A DNA stretch of 18,132 nucleotides from Desulfobacterales bacterium. GTDB taxonomy: Bacteria > Desulfobacterota > Desulfobacteria > Desulfobacterales > C00003060. A program made the position numbers and the translations under genes. The stretch lies in assembly GCA_030616475.1 (NCBI GenBank), contig JAUWXF010000054.1, positions 1 to 18,132 of the forward strand, given 5' to 3'. Below are positions 1 through 5,094 of the stretch, in pieces (the first letter of the stretch is position 1; each line of letters starts with the position of its first letter). A model generated the notes under the pieces. It saw nothing but the letters and a program-made list of their open reading frames with translations, searched no databases and was not told the origin of the DNA.

Positions 1-439
1 GATCTCTTTCTCGCTCCTCTTTGGGAGGCTCGACGGCTTTCTTGCGCTCAGCTATCTTTTCTTCCTCAGGGCCTGGCTCCTTCTCCACCTTTTCTTCTTC
101 TTTGACAACCTTGATAAAAGAGCCTTTAAACAAACTAACCTGCAAGGTTTTCCCCGGCAGTACGTGAATCTTCGTTTCTGAATCCTTGACCTTTAGCGTG
201 TGCAAGCCCGGTTCCACTTCCTTCAACCAGACCGGCGTCTTTCCAATATTGGAGCCATCCAGGAAAGCATCAAGACCAGGGGGCTCACTTACCACAGTCA
301 ATTTCCCATGGGCTTCCTCAGTGCCGTGGAGAGTGCGGGTCGGCGCAATCAAGTCATCAGCAAGGCAGAAAGGAGTAATAAAAAGCAGGATAGACAGGAA
401 AAATGCCGAAAGGACCGTTAATCTTGAAAACATCCTCAT
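1..439 (-). CDS. PEGA-domain secreted protein, N-terminal part (gene runs off the left edge of the window)
   Basis: Not in the ORF track because it is open at the window edge. My reverse-strand translation from the ATG (complement of 437-439) reads MRMFSRLTVLSAFFLSILLFITPFCLADDLIAPTRTLHGTEEAHGKLTVVSEPPGLDAFLDGSNIGKTPVWLKEVEPGLHTLKVKDSETKIHVLPGKTLQVSLFKG..., followed by a Glu/Lys-rich tail. It has a hydrophobic signal peptide. The stretch LTVVSEPPGLDAFLDGSNIGKTPVWL..GLHTLKV fits the PEGA-domain pattern. A GGAG Shine-Dalgarno lies at the complement of 447-450. Confidence 0.75.
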   Translation of the reverse strand, partial: MRMFSRLTVLSAFFLSILLFITPFCLADDLIAPTRTLHGTEEAHGKLTVVSEPPGLDAFLDGSNIGKTPVWLKEVEPGLHTLKVKDSETKIHVLPGKTLQVSLFKGSFIKVVKEEEKVEKEPGPEEEKIAERKKAVEPPKEERERD

Positions 440-469
440 GGTGAATCTCCTGAACACAGTATTGCTGTT

Positions 470-499
470 ATCATAATCATGATTCCTTCATTATTTCAA
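470..499 (-). promoter_or_regulatory. Candidate sigma70-type promoter for the PEGA gene
   Basis: On the minus strand: TTGAAA (complement of 494-499), a 17-nt spacer, then TTATGA(T) (complement of 470-476). It sits about 30 nt upstream of the ATG at 439. Pattern match only. Confidence 0.35.
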
Positions 500-781
500 T
501 ATATTTCTATAGCGGGTATCTGGAAGGCAAATGGAGTCAAATCTGAAAAAAAAGCTTTACAATTGCTGTAACGTGCGGAACTTAGTTCGCTTCGCTGCAC
601 TGATTCGGATCCATTTCTCAGAAATCATCGAAAGGCCGCATGCAATCTTGCCTGTGGCCTCTTTTATGTCCCATCCTGTCCATCGTGCAAAAATCCAGAC
701 AGTATTTACTCAGAGACAATAAGACAATAGGCGCTTAGTTCTAAGATTCGCGTTTTTTCTGGCAAGAAATTCTAAAAGACA

Positions 782-878
782 ATCACGAAAACGCAAAAGA
801 TCGAAAGCACGAAATAAAACAACATTCAGACTTTCGTGTCTTCGTAATTTCGTGCTTTCGTGATAAATTTTTTTTGGT
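782..878. repeat. Inverted arrays of CACGAAA-type heptamers forming a hairpin, followed by a T8 run
   Basis: A 14-bp perfect inverted repeat: cgaaagcacgaaat (802-815) and atttcgtgctttcg (847-860). An outer 9-bp pair also exists: atcacgaaa (782-790) and tttcgtgat (856-864). A T8 run lies at 868-875. Confidence 0.7.
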
Positions 879-960
879 TCCGGCCAGTCCGCCTCACTCC
901 GCTTGGCAGGAGGGCGGGCTCGTCCGGGTTAGGGGATTGGGGAAATAGGAAGGGTGTACT

Positions 961-1449
961 GTGGCTTTTGGTAAACAAGATGTAAGAATCCTGGTGGTAG
1001 ACGATGACAAGGAATTCGCAGATCTTCTGGTGGAACACCTGTCGAATCTGGGCTATTCTGCGAAAGCGGCCTACAGTGGGAGTGAAGCTCTCAGCCGGTT
1101 TGAAAACGGGGCCTTCCAACTGGTTATCACCGATCTTAAGATGCCGGATATGGACGGCATGGATCTTCTGGAGGCGGTCAAGGCTCGGGATAAGCAGGCC
1201 GTGGTTATGGTTATCACCGGGTATGGCACTATTGAATCGGCAGTCAAGGCCATAAGGAACGGGGCCTACGACTTTATTACCAAGCCGATCAAGATGGAGG
1301 AGTTGGAGGTTATCATTGAGAGGGCACTGGACAGATACGCCCTCTCGAAGCAGTTGGGTGTTTTCAAGGGGCTCACCCTGGCTCTGATCATATCTGTCCC
1401 GCTGTGGCTCATACTGGGGATTATATTGGCCGTGCTTTGGAGGAGATAA
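961..1449 (+). CDS. Receiver-only response regulator with a C-terminal transmembrane anchor (paralog A)
   Basis: The 162-aa ORF has a GTG start at 961, preceded by AGGAAGGG (947-954). REC hallmarks are present: VVDDD acidic pocket, ITDLKMPDMDG phospho-acceptor Asp, VITGYG Thr and ITKPI Lys. The C-terminus LTLALIISVPLWLILGIILAVLWRR is a single hydrophobic helix with an Arg-Arg end. Confidence 0.9.
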   Translation: MAFGKQDVRILVVDDDKEFADLLVEHLSNLGYSAKAAYSGSEALSRFENGAFQLVITDLKMPDMDGMDLLEAVKARDKQAVVMVITGYGTIESAVKAIRNGAYDFITKPIKMEELEVIIERALDRYALSKQLGVFKGLTLALIISVPLWLILGIILAVLWRR

Positions 1450-1504
1450 GAATTGGGGAATTGAGGGATTAAGTCAAATTTAGGAATTAAGGGATTGTCG
1501 AAAT

Positions 1505-1544
1505 AAGGCCCAAGTCCAGCAGGATTTGGGCCTTTCTTTTTCTT
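1505..1544 (+). terminator. Rho-independent terminator of response regulator A
   Basis: Stem aaggcccaagtcc (1505-1517) pairs with ggatttgggcctt (1522-1534), including one G-T wobble. The loop is agca. The tail is tctttttctt. Confidence 0.8.
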
Positions 1545-1678
1545 GGTTCAGAGACAATCCCGCTGAGTGAAAATGAACACGATCATTCTCCACAACCACG
1601 AGAGCAGGATTGTCGGGGGGGTGGGCACGGTGATCCGAAAATACAGGTATCACTGAAAGTGTGGGAGGGGACTTAACC

Positions 1679-1975
1679 TTACGCCGTCACGTAGATCCCC
1701 CTGCCGGCTCGCTTGATTTTGCCCTGCTTAGATGCCTTGAAGACGATATTCCTGATCTTCTTGTCTTCAAACCCAGTCTTTTTGACCAACGTAGGAACGT
1801 CAACACCCTTCTTCGATCTCTTGATAATGTTCACAACCTGGTCAGTGGCGGTCTGCGCAGCAGCTTTCTTCTTGGCAGGGGCTTTTTTCGCAGCAGCTTT
1901 TCTGGCGGGCTTAGCCTTGGCCTTTGCTTTCTTGGCCGCCTTGTTTTTCTCAAACTTTTCAACTGCCTTTTCAGA
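1679..1975 (-). pseudogene. Lys/Ala-rich histone-H1-like DNA-binding protein ORF without a usable in-frame start (possible frameshift)
   Basis: The minus-strand frame is open from the codon after a TGA (1973-1975) to the TAA (1679-1681). It translates as SEKAVEKFEKNKAAKKAKAKAKPARKAAAKKAPAKKKAAAQTATDQVVNIIKRSKKGVDVPTLVKKTGFEDKKIRNIVFKASKQGKIKRAGRGIYVTA. An ATG at the complement of 1977-1979 is one base out of frame (ATG ATC TGA). The first in-frame start is a GTG at 1834, which gives 51 aa. The two + strand ORFs at 1661..1981 and 1713..2063 are low-complexity shadows of this frame. Confidence 0.5.
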
Positions 1976-2114
1976 TCATAAACACTATCATAATAAAATA
2001 GTTGAAAGTAGTTCGGTCAGCCTGAAACAAGAGGAATATTTTGATTTGCTCAATAACATTTAGTTGGACCACTCAAAATCAATCGGCCTTTTGCATGTTA
2101 TCAATCGTATGACT

Positions 2115-2219
2115 CCAAACGATCAGAACCAATCAAACGACCAAAACCAATTCAACCAATCAAACCAACCAAACAACTCACAACGAGCTTTCAGCTTTCA
2201 GCCTTGAGCCTTCAGCTGC
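2115..2219. repeat. Tandem heptanucleotide arrays (AACCAAT-type, then GCTTTCA-type)
   Basis: The sequence reads ccaaacgatcagaaccaatcaaacgaccaaaaccaattcaaccaatcaaaccaaccaaac, then gctttca gctttca gccttga gccttca (2187-2214). Confidence 0.85.
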
Positions 2220-2240
2220 TCCATGCTCTCTGTCCGCTCC

Positions 2241-2361
2241 TATGGATTCACTAGTAACCAATAACGTTTCTCTCTGTCATCTGCCCTCTGTCATCTGACC
2301 TCTGCCCCATGCTTGAGACAAAGAGCCGAAACGAGAAACTTATAAAGTAAAGAACGTCCCC
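2241..2361. repeat. Bipartite conserved non-coding element, copy 1
   Basis: The 5' box is tatggattcactagtaaccaataacgtttctct. The 3' box is gagaaacttataaagtaaagaacgtcccc. They flank a TGTCATC-type heptamer core. The same boxes recur at 4301-4415. Confidence 0.65.
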
Positions 2362-2412
2362 TTTTTGCTTTTTGCCAAAGTCACCAAGATTCTCTAAAAG
2401 ATAAGAAAATTC

Positions 2413-2441
2413 TTGACAAATGGTAACTTTACTGTTACTTT
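2413..2441 (+). promoter_or_regulatory. Promoter plus dyad operator of the killer/antidote operon
   Basis: TTGACA (2413-2418), 17-nt spacer, TACTTT (2436-2441). The dyad GTAAC (2423-2427), N6, GTTAC (2434-2438) lies in the spacer. GTG 2452 is about 10 nt past the -10 box, so the mRNA would be near-leaderless. Confidence 0.55.
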
Positions 2442-2451
2442 GTAAATGTCC

Positions 2452-2781
2452 GTGATATAGATAAAGGAATACATAGACGAGACCGGCAAATCGCCTTACG
2501 CAGTTTGGCACGACCACTTGGATGCGAGGGCAGCTGCAAAAGTCACTACAGCATTGTATCGGCTTGAGCAGGGAAACTTTTCGAATACCAGTGGTGTTGG
2601 AGGTGGAGTTTTCGAGTACAAAATTGATTTTGGCCCCGGCTACCGGATCTATTTTGGCAAAGACGGCGAGCGTATTGTGATCATTTTGGGCGGCATAACA
2701 AAGAAACGCCAACAACAGGATATAAATGCCGCAAGGGCTTACTGGCAGGACTACAAAGCACGGAAACGAAAAAGTAAGTGA
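2452..2781 (+). pseudogene. Addiction-module killer protein (RelE/ParE superfamily, Gp49/HI1419 type) with an in-frame TAG at codon 3
   Basis: The frame reads GTG ATA TAG ATA AAG..., which translates as M I * IKEYIDETGKSPYAVWHDHLDARAAAKVTTALYRLEQGNFSNTSGVGGGVFEYKIDFGPGYRIYFGKDGERIVIILGGITKKRQQQDINAARAYWQDYKARKRKSK. The GPGYRIYF and GG.K..Q..DI motifs and the RLEQGNF segment are typical of this family. The track start (TTG 2518) would remove about 20 family-typical N-terminal residues. Confidence 0.7.
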
Positions 2782-2790
2782 GGTGCTGCA

Positions 2791-3141
2791 ATGGTCTTAA
2801 CAAGAGACTTTCGGAAAACCATACAAGCTCGTGCAAAAAGGGACCCTGCATACCGCGAAGCTATGTTGACTGAGGCGGTGGACTGTTTCCTATCTGGTGA
2901 CGTAGAAGTTGGAAAAGCAATGCTGCGCGACTATATAAACGCCACCATCGGCTTTGAGGCACTCGGTCGGCAGATCGGTAAACCCAGCAAAAGCCTTCAT
3001 CGCATGATAGGTCCATCTGGCAATCCCAAAACAAGCAACTTTTTCGAAATTCTGCATTTCTTACAGCGAAACGAAGGACTGGAGCTTGTGGTTACCGCCC
3101 GCCATCACACGCATGGTGGGATACACGGGGTTGCTCCATAG
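2791..3141 (+). CDS. Cognate HTH antidote / transcriptional regulator of the killer protein
   Basis: 116 aa. It has a GAGGTG RBS at 2780-2785, and the ATG lies 9 nt after the killer stop. TRDFRKTIQARAKRDPAYREAMLTEAV...LRDYINATIGFEALG...SKSLHRMIGPSGNPKTSNFFEIL resembles the DNA-binding partners found downstream of Gp49-like toxins. Confidence 0.8.
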   Translation: MVLTRDFRKTIQARAKRDPAYREAMLTEAVDCFLSGDVEVGKAMLRDYINATIGFEALGRQIGKPSKSLHRMIGPSGNPKTSNFFEILHFLQRNEGLELVVTARHHTHGGIHGVAP

Positions 3142-3182
3142 AAATAGGGCGAGCACTATTCAATCATTAACCTCGACTTTTT

Positions 3183-3304
3183 CGCTTTGAGCTTTGAGCT
3201 GTTCTTATGCGCTCTGCCCTCTGTCATCTGCCCTATGTCATCTGTCATCTGACCTCTGTCATCCGTCATCTGCCATCTGAGATGCCCTATGCGCTCGGCC
3301 CTCC
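3183..3304. repeat. Tandem heptanucleotide arrays (GCTTTGA, then TGTCATC/TGCCCTC types)
   Basis: The sequence reads cgctttgagctttgagctg, then ctgccctctgtcatctgccctatgtcatctgtcatctgacctctgtcatccgtcatctgccatctga. Confidence 0.85.
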
Positions 3305-3347
3305 GATTTTTGGGATGCCTGGTTAAGAAGATGACAAATTCGAAATG

Positions 3348-3376
3348 TTGTGATAAAGTTTTTAAAAGTTTGTAAT
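3348..3376 (+). promoter_or_regulatory. Candidate promoter upstream of the RHH stub and hicBA
   Basis: TTGTGA (3348-3353), 17-nt spacer, TGTAAT (3371-3376). Pattern match only. Confidence 0.35.
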
Positions 3377-3390
3377 TTGAAGGGTAATTA

Positions 3391-3549
3391 ATGAGAACGA
3401 TTCAAACCGAGGTGCCGGAGCAGCTTTATAAGAAGGCCAAAGCTTTGGTTCAAGTCCTTTCGCATTTTTTATGGATGGGAGGTAACCATGAAAACTTTAA
3501 GAGCGGACAGAATAAAAATAAGAATAGGAAACGTATGGGAAAGCCCTGA
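3391..3549 (+). pseudogene. Remnant of a ribbon-helix-helix-type antitoxin (only about the first 21 codons look native)
   Basis: This is a 52-codon ORF that I translated myself. MRTIQTEVPEQLYKKAKALVQ resembles the N-terminal beta-strand and helix of RHH antitoxins. It then turns into non-protein-like sequence that overlaps the hicB RBS and start. Confidence 0.3.
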
Positions 3550-3868
3550 ACTCCATATTTTGTTGACTCAGGAGGATGACATCGTTGTAGCCCGCTGCCT
3601 GGATTTCACAGTTTCTTCCCACGGTAAAGATGTCCAGGACGCTTTAAAATCGTTGGCAACCTCTATCAAAGAATATATTTTGACGGCAGTAGAAAACGAT
3701 GCCATTAATACAATTTTTGATCCAGCACATGGAAAGTATTGGAGGATGTATAATGAATTGGAAGCTCGACATTCCAGCGGCAAACTTAAACGGTCTCTAA
3801 AGAAATCCCTTAAATCGGTTCCCTATGAGAATATACAACAATCAACCGCTGAAATAAGCTATGCCTAA
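3488..3868 (+). CDS. hicB: HicB-family antitoxin
   Basis: 126 aa, with a GGGAGG RBS at 3476-3481. HILLTQEDDIVVARCLDFTVSSHGKDVQDALKSLATSIKEYI matches the HicB N-terminal fold pattern. It overlaps the downstream HicA gene by 8 nt (ATGCCTAA). Confidence 0.65.
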   Translation: MKTLRADRIKIRIGNVWESPELHILLTQEDDIVVARCLDFTVSSHGKDVQDALKSLATSIKEYILTAVENDAINTIFDPAHGKYWRMYNELEARHSSGKLKRSLKKSLKSVPYENIQQSTAEISYA

Positions 3869-4079
3869 GCCGCTGGAATTAAGAAAAGTCGTTAGAGTAC
3901 TTAAGAAATATGGCATCGTTTACGTAACTGGCAAAGGCAGACATCCCAAGTTTTATGATCCCGAAACCCATAAGTCGTACCCCATCAAATCCCATGGCAA
4001 AAAGACGCTTATTTTGTCCTACGCCCTTGATGACAGGATAGAGAAGTTTGACTTGCCGGGTGATGTATTCGATAGATAG
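3861..4079 (+). CDS. hicA: HicA-family mRNA interferase toxin
   Basis: 72 aa. LRKVVRVLKKYGIVYVTGKGRHPKFYDPETHKSYPIKSHGKKTL matches the YcfA/HicA pattern (G-x-G-x-H-x-K/F ... H). It is translationally coupled to hicB. Confidence 0.7.
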   Translation: MPKPLELRKVVRVLKKYGIVYVTGKGRHPKFYDPETHKSYPIKSHGKKTLILSYALDDRIEKFDLPGDVFDR

Positions 4080-4120
4080 GGTATTTTACTATATTTCTGT
4101 TTTTCCTCTTCTCAGCACTT

Positions 4121-4296
4121 TTCAGCCGTTAGGCTTATGAGCTTTTTCCCTTTCAGCTTTCAGCTTATTCCGCCTTCAGCTTCGAACGAAGTGCTCCTAA
4201 CGCCTAACGCAGCGCAGCGATACCCTCTTGCCCTCTGTCATCTGTCATCTGAGCTCTGCCCTCTGCCCTCAGCTCTCTGACCTCTGTCATCAGCTC
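4121..4296. repeat. Tandem heptanucleotide arrays (GCTTTCA, CGCCTAA, TGTCATC, TGCCCTC types)
   Basis: The arrays read ctttcagctttcagctt, cctaacgcctaacgcagcgcagcg, and ctgtcatctgtcatctgagctctgccctctgccctcagctctctgacctctgtcatc. Confidence 0.85.
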
Positions 4297-4300
4297 CTTA

Positions 4301-4415
4301 TATGGGTTCCCTAATAACCAATAACGTTACTCTTCGCGCTCTGCTCCATGCCCTATGCCCTATGCCCTTTGCGCCATTGAAAAAATGAGAAACTGGAAAA
4401 GCAAGGGGCGTCCCC
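4301..4415. repeat. Bipartite conserved non-coding element, copy 2
   Basis: The 5' box tatgggttccctaataaccaataacgttactct matches copy 1 at 29/33 positions. The 3' box is gagaaactggaaaagcaaggggcgtcccc. The core is a different heptamer family: gccctat gccctat gcccttt (4350-4370). Confidence 0.65.
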
Positions 4416-4427
4416 AATCTCACTCTC

Positions 4428-4516
4428 TTGCCTTATGCCTTAAACGTACTGGTCCTAGCGCCTAACGCAGCGCAGCTTTGCCCTATGCGCCATGCGCCAT
4501 GCGCCATGCGCCCCGT
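4428..4516. repeat. Tandem heptanucleotide arrays (CGCCTAA/CGCAGCG, then GCGCCAT x3-4)
   Basis: gcgccat gcgccat gcgccat gcgcccc lies at 4487-4514, preceded by gcgcctaacgcagcgcagc. Confidence 0.85.
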
Positions 4517-4546
4517 GCTTTATAGTTTGAACGGTGATAGACCTGA

Positions 4547-4575
4547 GAATTGTCAAGGGGAAAGATTTGACCCCT
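4547..4575. repeat. Left copy of a 29-bp inverted repeat (internal dyad GTCAA-N10-TTGAC)
   Basis: The sequence is gaattgtcaaggggaaagatttgacccct. The reverse complement of 5774-5802 is gaattgtcaaaatgaaagatttgacccct, a 25/29 match with 10-nt and 15-nt perfect blocks. Confidence 0.8.
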
Positions 4576-4753
4576 ACCCACCCCAGATTACACGGATGAA
4601 AAACAAATTTAGGGATTTAGGGATTGGGGAATTCAAGTCAGTAGGGCACGGTGAAATATGTCATTTCGCGTGGTAGGCAGTATGCAGAGAAGAGCTGATA
4701 AGCTGGTAAGTTGATGAGTTGATGAGCTGTTCTCTTTCCAGGACAAAAAAGGC

Positions 4754-4782
4754 TTGACATGCGTAACCTTACTGGTTACACT
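4754..4782 (+). promoter_or_regulatory. Promoter plus dyad operator in front of the truncated higA
   Basis: TTGACA (4754-4759), 17-nt spacer, TACACT (4777-4782). The dyad is GTAACC (4763-4768), N5, GGTTAC (4774-4779). The ATG at 4790 begins 8 nt after the -10 box, which implies a leaderless mRNA. Confidence 0.55.
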
Positions 4783-4789
4783 AAACTTA

Positions 4790-4993
4790 ATGATCAAAAC
4801 CTTATCCAAGATTGTAAATGAACGTGGTTCTATCAGTTCAGGCATGGCCTTGCGTTTATCACGGGCGTTTAACACGTCTCCGGAACTTTGGCTGAATTTA
4901 CAAAGGAACTATGACTTGTGGCATGCCTCTCACAATTCTAATGATTGGAAAAATGTCCAACCGGTAGAGAGACAGGTTAACGCTCTGGCATAA
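4790..4993 (+). pseudogene. higA: N-terminally truncated HigA-family (XRE HTH) antitoxin, 67 codons
   Basis: The ORF reads MIKTLSKIVNERGSISSGMALRLSRAFNTSPELWLNLQRNYDLWHA... The motifs I.NG.R.IS...ALRL...F.TS.E.WLNLQ..YDL match the C-terminal half of HigA. The usual N-terminal roughly 30-35 residues, including the first HTH helices, are absent. The track start (TTG 4754) lies inside the -35 box. Confidence 0.65.
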
Positions 4994-5094
4994 GATTGTG
5001 TGCTTTCCACTCTATCTGAACCATTCCCTTATTTCCGCATATCTATTCCCTGGCCTCCAAAAATTGGTTTTATGAGCTGATAAGCAGGTGAGCT

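Noticed and set aside
186-476. The + strand ORFs 186..476 and 200..421.
   Set aside because: They are antisense to the PEGA-domain gene, which has a signal peptide, an RBS and a domain pattern.
531-722. A 63-aa + strand ORF in the PEGA/regulator divergent gap.
   Set aside because: Its composition is not protein-like and it contains an internal hairpin. The only support is a very closely spaced GGAAGG. The region is kept only as a possible sRNA locus.
1661-2063. The + strand ORFs 1661..1981 and 1713..2063 (Leu/Phe/Ala-rich).
   Set aside because: They are low-complexity antisense shadows of the Lys/Ala-rich minus-strand frame. They have no RBS and a non-protein-like composition.
2505-2520. 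A sigma54-like TGGCAC-N5-TTGG motif.
   Set aside because: It lies inside the killer-gene coding frame. The -12 element is TTGG rather than TTGC, and no enhancer-binding protein is nearby.
4121-4216. Integron attC-like core sites: GTTAGGC at about 4127 and GCCTAAC at about 4205 and about 4460. These raised the idea that the TA genes are integron cassettes.
   Set aside because: The order is GTTAGGC then GCCTAAC on either strand, the reverse of an attC site (RYYYAAC...GTTRRRY). The GCCTAAC words are simply units of a cgcctaa heptamer array. No integrase or attI is present.
2115-4516. The repeat-dense intergenic regions as possible CRISPR arrays.
   Set aside because: The units are 7 nt, directly tandem, and come in many unrelated families. 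There are no 25-40-nt repeats alternating with unique spacers, and no cas genes.
2251-4875. ORFs 2251..2715 (minus strand), 3568..3783 (minus strand), 4428..4676 (plus strand) and 4633..4875 (minus strand).
   Set aside because: They run through heptamer arrays, promoters, or the opposite strand of TA genes. Their translations are dominated by repeat-derived low-complexity sequence.
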